Made by a program: the position numbers and the translations under genes | Assembly (NCBI GenBank): GCA_036402955.1 | Contig: DASWRX010000128.1 | Coordinates: forward strand, 21,810-85,809 | Reading direction: 5' to 3' | DNA: 64,000 nt | DNA from: Thermoanaerobaculia bacterium | GTDB taxonomy: Bacteria > Acidobacteriota > Thermoanaerobaculia > Multivoradales > UBA5704 | Notes under the pieces: generated by a model | What the model saw: the letters and a program-made list of their open reading frames with translations, nothing else | The model's database searches: none | Told to the model about the DNA's origin: nothing | Shown here: positions 53,710 through 62,377 of the stretch, in pieces | Numbering within the stretch: the first letter of the stretch is position 1 | Layout: each line of letters starts with the position of its first letter

Positions 53710-54705
53710 TCAGCTTCCCCAGTGCAGGGTGACGCCGGGCTGCACGGGTCCCGGCTCCCAAGCGATCAGCGGATGGAAGATCTTGGCGCCGCTGTCCGGA
53801 CCCGGGATATCCGAGATCAGGACGAGAGCGCTGCTGCCCGGCCTGCCGTTCGCGACCAGAGTGATCGTATTCGGTCCGGGCTTCATCGAGGAACCGACGT
53901 CGATCGTGCGGACGTTTTTGTCGCGCAGCCAGCGGGTGGCAGCCGGCTTATCGTTGACGAGGACCTGGACCTTGCGGAGCCCGGGTGTTCCGTTCTGGAG
54001 AGTGATGAAGTGCTCGCCAGCGGGAATCTCGGAGAAAGAATCCTCAGCACGATTGCCGCTCTTTGAGACCTGTAGCTCGGTGAGCACCGGATCGGCTACG
54101 ATGCAGCCGAATGCACAGGCCTGCAATACCACGCGGCCCGGCGCGTTCGGGTCGATCCTTGTTGCCGTGACGGTCGCGAAAGTTGTCCCTGGAGCGAGCA
54201 CCGGGATGTCCACGGCAGCATTTACGGCGAGAACGACACTGATACTCGACAAACCTCGGCCGCTCAGATCCGTCACGGCGATCTCGATCTGTGCGGGTGG
54301 CCCCGGTAGGAATTTATCGAGCTCCACCCGGGGTTTGGGGACGCACGTCGCAGTGCCCTTGTCGCAGTCCTCACGCTCTTTTATACAGCAACAGGTGGCC
54401 GCTGCGTCAGGGCCGGGACAGCATTCCATCTTGGTGGGGCAGCATTTCGTTACGCCGAGACCTCCCGTACCGCAGCAGGGGCTCGTAATCGGGCACCAGC
54501 ATCCCTCGGAGCACATTACGCCAGGGCCGCTCTGAACGCACTTGCCGGTCTTGTCCATCCCACAACCCTTCACCTGGGCATGGAGCTTCGGCAGGAACCG
54601 GTTCACTACGGCCGTCGCCAGCAGGGCGCCGAAAATCCTGAAGACCTGTCTCCGTGGTATCTTGGCGCCTATCGTTCTCGTCAAGTCGTCAAGAAGCTCG
54701 CTCAT
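53710..54705 (-). CDS. Tat-signal secreted protein with extremely Cys-rich N-domain and beta-sandwich-like C-region
   Basis: 331 aa. Twin-arginine-like signal IPRRQVFRIFGALLATAVV...LHA-Q. About 19 Cys within about 80 residues (GCGMDKTGKCVQSGPGVMCSEGCWCPITSPCCGTGGLGVTKCCPTKMECCPGPDAAATCCCIKEREDCDKGTATC). Confidence 0.75.
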   Translation of the reverse strand: MSELLDDLTRTIGAKIPRRQVFRIFGALLATAVVNRFLPKLHAQVKGCGMDKTGKCVQSGPGVMCSEGCWCPITSPCCGTGGLGVTKCCPTKMECCPGPDAAATCCCIKEREDCDKGTATCVPKPRVELDKFLPGPPAQIEIAVTDLSGRGLSSISVVLAVNAAVDIPVLAPGTTFATVTATRIDPNAPGRVVLQACAFGCIVADPVLTELQVSKSGNRAEDSFSEIPAGEHFITLQNGTPGLRKVQVLVNDKPAATRWLRDKNVRTIDVGSSMKPGPNTITLVANGRPGSSALVLISDIPGPDSGAKIFHPLIAWEPGPVQPGVTLHWGS

Positions 54706-55798
54706 CGCGTACTCCTTTCCAGAAGTCCGACTTCCTGGCTACCAGCGCGAGGATTTCTTCAATGCCTCTTGCGACGCCGTCTGTAATCATGCCGTTCTCA
54801 TCGATCAGGAATCCCGCCGGAGTTGCAAAGATCCCGTACTGGCGCGATATCTCCCATTTCCTCTGCACGGCAACCGGGAATTCCAGCCGGTGCTCCTCCG
54901 CCTTGCGGCGATTCTCCGCCGGATCGCCGCGACCGATCACGACCACCGCCAAGCCATTGTCGCGGTGCTTTTCGTGCAGTTGAATCAGGCTGGGCGTCAA
55001 CTGCTCGCACGGGCCGCAGTGAGGATCGCTGAAGACGAGGAGCACCTTGCGGCCCCGATACTGATCCAGCGATATCATGCCGCCATCAAGGCTCGGCAAG
55101 GTGAAGACTGGCGCGGGGGTCCCCGGCTTGAGGCCGTTGCGCTCGATCCTGCTCTCGCTGAGTGGAAGCCTCTTCAGAGCGGCCTTCGGCGCGGCCTCCC
55201 GGGCGAGATCCAGGACCTGATCGGAGCCGATCGCCAAGCGATGGGCGATCCTGCCGTCCTCGTCGATCAGGTAGGCCACGGGAGTGCCGCGATCGTGGAA
55301 AGCCTCGATTGACGTACCGGACTTCTGCAAGAGAATCGGCGATTTCAGCCCGTGCTCCTCTGCGGCTGCCCTCTCCGCCTCGGCCGTCCCTGCGCTGAGG
55401 AGCAGCAGGCTTACGCCCGCCCTGGCGAGGCCGGGCTCGAGTGATATGAGGTCGGGTGCGATGCGATCGCAATATCCGCACCGCGCGCTCCAGCTCACCA
55501 GCAGCACCTTGCGCCCGCGAAAGTCTTTCCAGGAGACCGGCCTGCCGTCGAGGTCGGGAAGCTCGAAATCCGGCAGGAGGGTCCCCACCGGCAGCCCGGA
55601 GGAGGTGCGGGCCTGCAATCTGATCGATTCGCGATCGATCGACTGGAACGGATCGATCCCGAGCTGACGTTCCACCTGATCGAGGCGCAGGAGCAAGCGC
55701 CCCTGCTGCTTGACGAGTTGATAGAGCACCGCGGTCAGGCCGATCGAAAAGATTCCGAGGAAGGCCATGGCCGTCACGAGCACTGTCGCCTTTTCCAT
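54689..55798 (-). CDS. Membrane-anchored protein with two thioredoxin-like (TlpA/redoxin) domains
   Basis: ORF 54689..55984 trimmed to ATG 55798 (MEKATVLVTAMAFLGIFSIGLTAVLYQLV anchor, AAGGAGA upstream). CxxC motifs WSARCGYCDR and SDPHCGPCEQ. 17-nt overlap with the downstream Cys-rich gene. Confidence 0.85.
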   Translation of the reverse strand: MEKATVLVTAMAFLGIFSIGLTAVLYQLVKQQGRLLLRLDQVERQLGIDPFQSIDRESIRLQARTSSGLPVGTLLPDFELPDLDGRPVSWKDFRGRKVLLVSWSARCGYCDRIAPDLISLEPGLARAGVSLLLLSAGTAEAERAAAEEHGLKSPILLQKSGTSIEAFHDRGTPVAYLIDEDGRIAHRLAIGSDQVLDLAREAAPKAALKRLPLSESRIERNGLKPGTPAPVFTLPSLDGGMISLDQYRGRKVLLVFSDPHCGPCEQLTPSLIQLHEKHRDNGLAVVVIGRGDPAENRRKAEEHRLEFPVAVQRKWEISRQYGIFATPAGFLIDENGMITDGVARGIEEILALVARKSDFWKGVRDERAS

Positions 55799-56217
55799 GC
55801 TGTCTCCTTTCCGAAGTTGTACCCGTTGAAGAACCCATGCAGGCTCGTTGGACGCAACTCGGACGGGAGGGCCGGCGGCGGACCGCGCGCCCCGGACGGG
55901 AGGAGGACCATGCGTCACCTCGGAGAGGCTTTCGGCAGCCGGGCTGTCTCGCGGCAGGGGAGATCCGGGGCTTTGCGTCGCCACCTCGCGGTGGCTTTAC
56001 CGTTTCGAACGCCAGCCCTCATGCTCGGAGGACGTCGATCCGATGTCAAGCTTATCCTCTGCTGCGCATAGTGACAGATGGGCGCATGGGGAAGTCACGT
56101 TCCCCGGAGCGCGCGGGTGCCGTGACCAACCGCCTCCTTCGCAGGATCAGACGCCTGGTTTCCGGGAAGAGGTCCGAGTGTGTCTAAGCTGGCAGGAGCA
56201 CTTACGGGAGGATCGCG

Positions 56218-57999
56218 ATGAGACGGATCTGGACAAGGATTTCGATCGGCGTGGGGTTGGCGCTGCTGGCTTTCGCGGCCGGGGCGCAGCAGGTCACGCT
56301 GCCGCTCGACAAGTTCGAGGAGCTGCGGGCGCGGGCCAATCCGGCGGCGGGCACGCCGGACGCGCCGCCGGCGCCGTACGCGCTGGAGCTCGCCGAGTAC
56401 GCGGTGAAGGTGGGGCCGGAGAGCGCCCGCGTGGTCCAGACGCTCCGTCTGACCCTCTACGACGACCGGTGGCAGACCGTGCCGCTGGGCGAGGCGGGCT
56501 CGTTCATCGGCGCCGACTTCAAGGGCTCGGAAGGGCGGGTGGAGGTCTCCGGCGAGCCCGGCAAGGGGCTGGAGCTGCACGTGCGGGGCCGCGGCCGGCG
56601 CGAGGTGAGCCTCGAATCCGCCGTGCCGGTGAGCCAGGACGAGAAGGCCACCCGGCCGACCTGGCGCTTCGGCCTGCGCTTCCCGGCGGCGGCCGTGGTG
56701 CGCGGCCGCATCGAGGCGGCGGCCGCCGTGGAGGAGCTCGATCCCGAGGGCTCCGGGCTGGTCCGTCCCATCGCGGGCGGCGGCTGGACGTTCGTGGCCC
56801 TGCCCGGCACCGAGGTCCGCTGGACGCTCTCCGGCAAGGCGGTCGTGCCCCGGCGGGCCCAGCTCCCGCTCCGCTTCGAGGCGACCTCGGCCACGGCTTC
56901 CACCCTGTCGCGCACCCGTCTTCAGGTGCTCGGCTGGATCGAGGTCCGGGTGGCCCAGGGCCGCCTCGAGACGCTGCGGGTGCCGGTCCCGGCCGGCCTG
57001 GAGGTGGCCGACGTCCACGGCCCCGTGGCGGGCTGGAAGGTCGACAAGGGGACGCTCGTCGTCACCCCCCTCGCCGCGGTGGAGGACACGCTGGCGGTCG
57101 AGGTCGTGCTGACCGGCGACCCGAAAGACCGCTTCACGACGCCGCTGCTGATCCCCGAGGGGAGCGCCCGCACGGTCCTGCTGGCCAAGGCGGCGCTCAA
57201 GGGGGATGGGATCCTGTCGCTGACCGACGCCGGCGCGGCGCGGCCGCCCGAGGAGCGCGAGGCGGCGCGCCTGCCCGACTCCCTGAAGGCGATCGACGGC
57301 CGCCTTTTCGCCGTGTCGGACCCGGCCCGGGCGCCGCGCTGGGAGGCTTCCTGGGCGGAGCGGACCGAGGTGCTGGCCGCCCAGGTGGACCGCCTGCTGG
57401 TGGACGTCGCGATGGGGGAGGCGGGGAAGGCCTCCTACCAGCTCTGGGCCGAGGTGCGGAACCGCGGCGCGCAGCAGCTCACGCTCACCCTGCCGGCCGG
57501 CTTCGAGCTGGCCGTGGGGCATCGCGACGGCGTCGCCGTGGTTCCCGGCGTCACCGGCGGCTCGCTCTCCATCCCGCTGCTGACTCAGGAAGCCGCGCAG
57601 GTGGTCCACCTGGAGGGAGTCGTGCCGCTGCCGCTGCCGAAGGGGGACGGTCATTTCGCCGTTCCCCTGCCGGCCCTGTCGGCGCCCGTGGCAAGGGTGG
57701 AGGTGCGGCTGGTCGTGCCGGGCGGCCGCTCCTACGAGCTGGCGGAGAAAGCGCGGGCCGGACTGGTCTCTCCTCCGCCCGGAACGGTGGCGCGTCGGGC
57801 CGTCTCCGGGCTCGGTGTCCAGGCCAACATCCAGATCAACGCCGGCCAGGCGTTCACTTTGGAGGCGAACGCTCCGGCCCTCTACCACCTCCCGCCCGGC
57901 TTCGAGTGCGTCCAGGCTGCCTGGAGCGCCCTCTCGGCCACCCCGCCACCGCTCGGCGTCCGCGTCGACAAGGAAAAGGAGAAGCGCGAATGGTTCTGA
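56218..57999 (+). CDS. Secreted hypothetical protein, distant paralog of the next two genes
   Basis: 593 aa. GGGAGG upstream. Signal peptide MRRIWTRISIGVGLALLAFAAGAQQ. Shares the N-terminal TLPL(D/K)..., and the C-terminal ...PP.(I/L)GV.V.K.K(E)K..WF pattern with the next two proteins. Confidence 0.75.
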   Translation: MRRIWTRISIGVGLALLAFAAGAQQVTLPLDKFEELRARANPAAGTPDAPPAPYALELAEYAVKVGPESARVVQTLRLTLYDDRWQTVPLGEAGSFIGADFKGSEGRVEVSGEPGKGLELHVRGRGRREVSLESAVPVSQDEKATRPTWRFGLRFPAAAVVRGRIEAAAAVEELDPEGSGLVRPIAGGGWTFVALPGTEVRWTLSGKAVVPRRAQLPLRFEATSATASTLSRTRLQVLGWIEVRVAQGRLETLRVPVPAGLEVADVHGPVAGWKVDKGTLVVTPLAAVEDTLAVEVVLTGDPKDRFTTPLLIPEGSARTVLLAKAALKGDGILSLTDAGAARPPEEREAARLPDSLKAIDGRLFAVSDPARAPRWEASWAERTEVLAAQVDRLLVDVAMGEAGKASYQLWAEVRNRGAQQLTLTLPAGFELAVGHRDGVAVVPGVTGGSLSIPLLTQEAAQVVHLEGVVPLPLPKGDGHFAVPLPALSAPVARVEVRLVVPGGRSYELAEKARAGLVSPPPGTVARRAVSGLGVQANIQINAGQAFTLEANAPALYHLPPGFECVQAAWSALSATPPPLGVRVDKEKEKREWF

Positions 58000-60404
58000 A
58001 AGCCGGAAGCCTGCTCGCGACGGCCCTCCTGCTGGCGCTGGTCTTTCCCCGGAGCGGGTCCGCGGAGGCGCCGCGCTCGGAGATCACCCTCCCTCTCAAG
58101 GATTATCTCGGCCTGGTCGAGAAGGGGGAGGCGGCGGAGAAGGAACGGCTGCGCCGGGAAGCCTCCCGCGAGGCGCCGGTGGCCGAGGTCACGTCCCAGC
58201 GCGTGCGGGTCTCGCTGGGCGAGGCGGACGTGGCCGAGGTCACGGCCGACTACGAGGTGCTCGTCCAGGGCCAGCCCAAGGGGCCGGTGGTCCTGCCGGT
58301 GACCGGAGTGCCGCGGAAGGCGGAGGTGCGGACGCCCGGATGTCCCGACGCCGCCCTGAGCGCCGGCGCGAAGGCCGGGGAGTGGCTGCTGGTCGCTCCC
58401 ACCCCGGGCCGCTACGCCGTCGAGATCTCGGGGCCGCTGCCGCTGTCCGGCGGGGGGTTGAGCCGCATCGCCCTGGCGCCGGCCGCGGCGCCGGTCTCGC
58501 TGACCGAGGTCGAATTGCCGGCCGATCTCTCCTGGAGCGCTCCGGGAACGGTGGTAGTCGAGGACCGCGTCGAGGGAGCGCGGCGCACGGTGCGGCTGAC
58601 CTCCCGGCGCGGGCAGGCGCAGATCGTGGAGGTGCGGTGCAAGGTGAATGACGGCGACGCCGAGAAGCTGCTGGCCCAGAGCCTGGTGCTGACCCTGGTG
58701 CAGCTCCGGCCGGACGGCCCGCGGCGGCACGACGTGGTGATCTACGAGGTCTCCCGCGGCGGCCTGGGCAGCTTCACGGTCGACCTGCCGCCCGGCCTCG
58801 CCGTCGAGACCGTGGGCACCGACGAAGGGGAGGTGGCGCCGGCGATCGAGTCCCGGCGGCTGACCGTGCAGCGCCGCCAGCAGCTCCGCGGCGTCGGCTA
58901 CCTGGTGCTCACCTCGACGCCCGCTCCCGGCACCGAGCTGGCCCTGGATCCCGTGGTGCCCGAAGGGCTTCCGAGCGCACCCCAGGCCCGCTACGTGGCC
59001 CTCGCCTCGTCCATCTCGGCGGACGCGCGGCCGCTGCCCGAGAAGGCCTGGACGCGGATCGATCTCGATGACCTGCCGCCGACCCTCCGCGAGGCGCTCG
59101 GCGGCGTGGATCTCGCGGCGGCCTGGCGGCTGGCCGGAGCGGCCACGGGCCTGCGGATGGCGGTCTCGCCGCTGCCCGCGGCGCCGAGCCTGCCGGTGGT
59201 GGCGAGCCTGCGGCAGACCACGACGCTGATCACCCTCGACGGCACGCTGCTGCACCGCGACCGCATCACCCTGCGGCCGGGAGCGATCGGTGCCGCGCTC
59301 GACCTGACGCTGCCCGCCGGGGCCACCCTCTGGTCGGCCAAGGTGGACGACGTGCCGGTGCGGCCGCTGGAGCGGGGGGGCGGCAAGATCTCGGTGCCGC
59401 TCGGCTTCGACACCGGCAGGGACGCGGTGGTGGAGATCATCTCCGTGCAGGAGAAGGCCATCCCTACCGGCCGCTCCGAGCTGGCGCTCGACGTGCCCCG
59501 CGTCGCCGTGCCCGTGCAGGAGCACCGCTGGCGCCTGCTGCTGCCGGACGGCGCCCAGTACCGGTTCCGCGCCGGCGACCTGCGGCCCGCGGTTTCGAGG
59601 CCCCAGGGCTGGCGAGGCTCCGGCAGGATCGTGGAGGTGGAGCGGCGGATCTCCACCGGCGCCACCGTGAGCCAGACCGAGCTGGAGAAGGTCCCGACGG
59701 CCCGAGATCCCTGGGCCGTCCTCCAGAGCACGCCCGGCGTTCTCACCGACCGGATCAACGTCGGCGGCAACGAGTCGGGCCAGCAGTCGCAGTACGTCAA
59801 CACGCGGGGGATCGTGCGCGGCCGGGCCGCCGACGACCAGGGGAACCCGCTGCCCGGGGTGACCGTCACCCTGCAGGCCGGGAGCCTGCCGCCAATGGTC
59901 CAGGTGACCAACGCCCAGGGGCTGTTCCTCTTTTCCGCCCTGGTGCCGGGGGAGTACCGGATCCGGGCGGAGCTCGAGGGGTTCTCCACGGCGGAGCTCA
60001 CGATCAGCGACCTGCGGGAACGCCAGACCCGCACCCTCGACGTCCGGCTGTCCGCGGCCGTCGAGGACGTCATCACGGTGACGGCCGAGGCCCCGATGCT
60101 CGACGAGCGCAGCCTCAGCCGCACCCAGAGCTTCAAATCCGAAGACGATGCCGGGAAGAGGGGCGGTGGCCGGCGGCCGGCGGCGGCGCCCGCCGCCAAG
60201 GCGCCAGCCTATTACGATTTCGACGCCTTCGAGGAGGAGGCGGTGGATCTCAAGAAGGGCCTGGTCGGAGGGATCAAGCCGCTGCCGATCGCCATCCCCG
60301 AGACCGGCAAGGTGCTGCTGCTGTCGGGGGTCCTCCCCCCGGAGAAGATCGGCGTCGAGCTGGAAGTGAAGGGCGGCAAGGAGAAGAGAGGATGGTTCCG
60401 ATGA
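57990..60404 (+). CDS. Secreted hypothetical protein (tandem copy A) carrying an inserted TonB-receptor-like plug fragment plus CarboxypepD_reg-like domain
   Basis: In-frame part of the 1518-aa track ORF from ATG 57990 (10-nt overlap with the previous stop). Signal MVLKAGSLLATALLLALVFPRSGSA. Insert contains ARDPWAVLQSTPGVLTDRINVGGNESGQQSQY and GNPLPGVTVTLQ...PGEYRIRAELEGF...VITVTAEAPMLDERS. Confidence 0.8.
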   Translation: MVLKAGSLLATALLLALVFPRSGSAEAPRSEITLPLKDYLGLVEKGEAAEKERLRREASREAPVAEVTSQRVRVSLGEADVAEVTADYEVLVQGQPKGPVVLPVTGVPRKAEVRTPGCPDAALSAGAKAGEWLLVAPTPGRYAVEISGPLPLSGGGLSRIALAPAAAPVSLTEVELPADLSWSAPGTVVVEDRVEGARRTVRLTSRRGQAQIVEVRCKVNDGDAEKLLAQSLVLTLVQLRPDGPRRHDVVIYEVSRGGLGSFTVDLPPGLAVETVGTDEGEVAPAIESRRLTVQRRQQLRGVGYLVLTSTPAPGTELALDPVVPEGLPSAPQARYVALASSISADARPLPEKAWTRIDLDDLPPTLREALGGVDLAAAWRLAGAATGLRMAVSPLPAAPSLPVVASLRQTTTLITLDGTLLHRDRITLRPGAIGAALDLTLPAGATLWSAKVDDVPVRPLERGGGKISVPLGFDTGRDAVVEIISVQEKAIPTGRSELALDVPRVAVPVQEHRWRLLLPDGAQYRFRAGDLRPAVSRPQGWRGSGRIVEVERRISTGATVSQTELEKVPTARDPWAVLQSTPGVLTDRINVGGNESGQQSQYVNTRGIVRGRAADDQGNPLPGVTVTLQAGSLPPMVQVTNAQGLFLFSALVPGEYRIRAELEGFSTAELTISDLRERQTRTLDVRLSAAVEDVITVTAEAPMLDERSLSRTQSFKSEDDAGKRGGGRRPAAAPAAKAPAYYDFDAFEEEAVDLKKGLVGGIKPLPIAIPETGKVLLLSGVLPPEKIGVELEVKGGKEKRGWFR
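58062..59594 (+). repeat. Tandem duplication, copy A (about 1.53 kb)
   Basis: Aligns base for base with 60482..62026 (offset 2420-2432 nt, two small in-frame indels). By eye well over 90% of encoded residues are identical. Confidence 0.85.
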
Positions 60405-62347
60405 GCCCGAGAACCCAAATCCGGTCGGCGATCCTTCTGCTGGTCCTCGCGGCGGCGCCGGCGGCTTCCTTCGGAGAGGCCGCGGAGGCGCCGCGTCCCG
60501 GGGAGGTCTCCCTTCCCGTCAAGGAGTACCTCAACCTCGTCGAGCAGGGGGAGGCCGCGGAGAAGGAGCGGCTGCGGCGGGAATCCTCCCGCGAGGCGCC
60601 GGTCGCCGAGGTCACCTCCCAGCGCGTGCGGGTCTCGCTGGGCGACGGGGACGTGGCCGAGGTCACGGCCGACTACGAGGTCCTGGTGCAAGGGCATCCC
60701 AAGGGACCGGTGGTCCTGCCGGTGACCGGCGTCCCCCGCAAGGCCGACATCCGGACGCCGGGATGCCCCGACGCCGCCCTGAGCGACGGCGCCAAGCCGG
60801 GGGAGTGGCTGCTGGTCGCTCCCACGCCGGGCCGGTACGCCGTCGAGATCTCGGGACCGGTATCGATGCCTGGCGGAGGGTTGAGCCGCCTCGCCCTGGC
60901 TCCGGCGGCGGCCCCGGTCTCGCTGACCGAGGTCGAATTGCCGGCCGATCTCTCCTGGAGCGCTCCGGGCACCGTGGTGGTCGAGGACCGCGTCGAGGGG
61001 AAGCGGCGCACCGTGCGGCTGACCTCCCGGCGGGGCGAGGCGCAGACGATCGAGGTGCGGCGCAGGGTGGACGGCGGCGACGCCGAGAAGCTGCTGGCCC
61101 AGAGCCTGGTGCTGACCCTGGTGCAGCTCCGGCCGGACGGCCCGCGGCGGCACGACGTGGTGATCTACGAGGTCTCCCGCGGCGGTCTCGGCAGCTTCAC
61201 GGTCGACCTGCCGCCCGGCCTCGCCGTCGAGACCGTGGGGACCGACGAAGGGGAGGTCGTGCCGGTGATCGAGTCCCGGCGGCTGACCGTGCAGCGCCGC
61301 CAGCAGCTCCGCGGCGTCGGCTACCTGGTGCTCAGCTCGACGCCCGCTCCCGGCGCCGAGCTGGCCCTTGATCCCGTGGTGCCCGAGGGGCTTCCGGGCA
61401 CGCCCCAGGCGCGCTACGTGGCCCTCGCCTCATCCATCTCGGCGGCCGCGCGGCCGCTGCCGGAGAAGGCTTGGTCGCGGATCGATCTCGACGACCTGCC
61501 GCCGAGCCTTCACGAGGCCCTCGGCGGCGTGGACCTCGCGGCGGCCTGGCGGCTGGCCGGAGCGGCCACAGTGGCCACGGGATTGCGGATGGCGGTCTCG
61601 CCGCTGCCCGCGGCGCCGAGCCTGCCGGTGGTGGCGAGCCTGCGGCACACCACGACGCTGATCACCCTCGACGGCACGCTGCTGCACCGCGACCGCATCA
61701 CCCTGCGGCCGGGAGCGATCGGCGCCGCCCTCGACGTGACGCTCGCCCCCTCGGCCACCCTCTGGTCGGCCAAGGTGGACGGCGTGCCGGTGCGGCCGCT
61801 GGAGCGGGGGGGAGGCAAGATCTCCGTGCCGCTCGGCTTCGACGCCGGCAAGGACGCGGTGGTGGAGATCATCTCCGTACAGGAGAAGGCCATCCCCGCC
61901 GGCCGCTCCGAGCTGGCGCTCGACGTCCCGCGTATCGCCGTGCCCGTGCAGGAGCACCGCTGGCGCCTGCTGCTGCCGGACAACGCCAGCTACCGCTTCC
62001 GCGCCGGCGATCTGCGGCCGGCGGTGGAGAGACCGGTGGAGAGACCCGCCTACGTGGCGCCCGTCGCGGCAGGCGCCCAGGCGGTCTGGTCCATCGACGG
62101 GGTGGTCATCACGGACGAGGCGCCAGTCCACGACGAGAGCGCCGCGAGAAACGCGCCGGCGCCCAAGCCCGTGGCGCAGGATTTCGACGCCTTCAAGGAC
62201 GAGGCGAAAAGCCTCCGGCAGGGCCTGGTCGGCGGCATCAAGCCGCTGCCGATCGCCATCCCCGAGACCGGCAAGCTCCTGCTCCTGGCGGGCGTGCTGC
62301 CGCCCGAGACGATCGGCGTCGAGCTGGAGGTGAAGGGGAAGAAGTAG
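60392..62347 (+). CDS. Secreted hypothetical protein (tandem copy B)
   Basis: 651 aa. ATG 60392 overlaps the previous stop by 13 nt (alternative ATG 60401). Signal MVPMSPRTQIRSAILLLVLAAAPAASFG. Near-identical to copy A except for the lack of the about 170-aa insert. Confidence 0.8.
   Translation: MVPMSPRTQIRSAILLLVLAAAPAASFGEAAEAPRPGEVSLPVKEYLNLVEQGEAAEKERLRRESSREAPVAEVTSQRVRVSLGDGDVAEVTADYEVLVQGHPKGPVVLPVTGVPRKADIRTPGCPDAALSDGAKPGEWLLVAPTPGRYAVEISGPVSMPGGGLSRLALAPAAAPVSLTEVELPADLSWSAPGTVVVEDRVEGKRRTVRLTSRRGEAQTIEVRRRVDGGDAEKLLAQSLVLTLVQLRPDGPRRHDVVIYEVSRGGLGSFTVDLPPGLAVETVGTDEGEVVPVIESRRLTVQRRQQLRGVGYLVLSSTPAPGAELALDPVVPEGLPGTPQARYVALASSISAAARPLPEKAWSRIDLDDLPPSLHEALGGVDLAAAWRLAGAATVATGLRMAVSPLPAAPSLPVVASLRHTTTLITLDGTLLHRDRITLRPGAIGAALDVTLAPSATLWSAKVDGVPVRPLERGGGKISVPLGFDAGKDAVVEIISVQEKAIPAGRSELALDVPRIAVPVQEHRWRLLLPDNASYRFRAGDLRPAVERPVERPAYVAPVAAGAQAVWSIDGVVITDEAPVHDESAARNAPAPKPVAQDFDAFKDEAKSLRQGLVGGIKPLPIAIPETGKLLLLAGVLPPETIGVELEVKGKK
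60482..62026 (+). repeat. Tandem duplication, copy B
   Basis: See copy A. A second shorter homologous block covers the 3' ends (about 60205..60390 versus about 62170..62340). Confidence 0.85.
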
Positions 62348-62377
62348 AACGGCTTCATCCCCAACTCCTCCGGCTCC

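Noticed and set aside
55848-57989. N-terminal 714 codons of the 1518-aa track ORF 55848..60404
   Set aside because: This part is out of frame over the well-formed gene 56218..57999 (signal peptide, SD) and reads as Arg/Gly/Pro-rich junk. The genuine gene begins at ATG 57990 with its own signal peptide.
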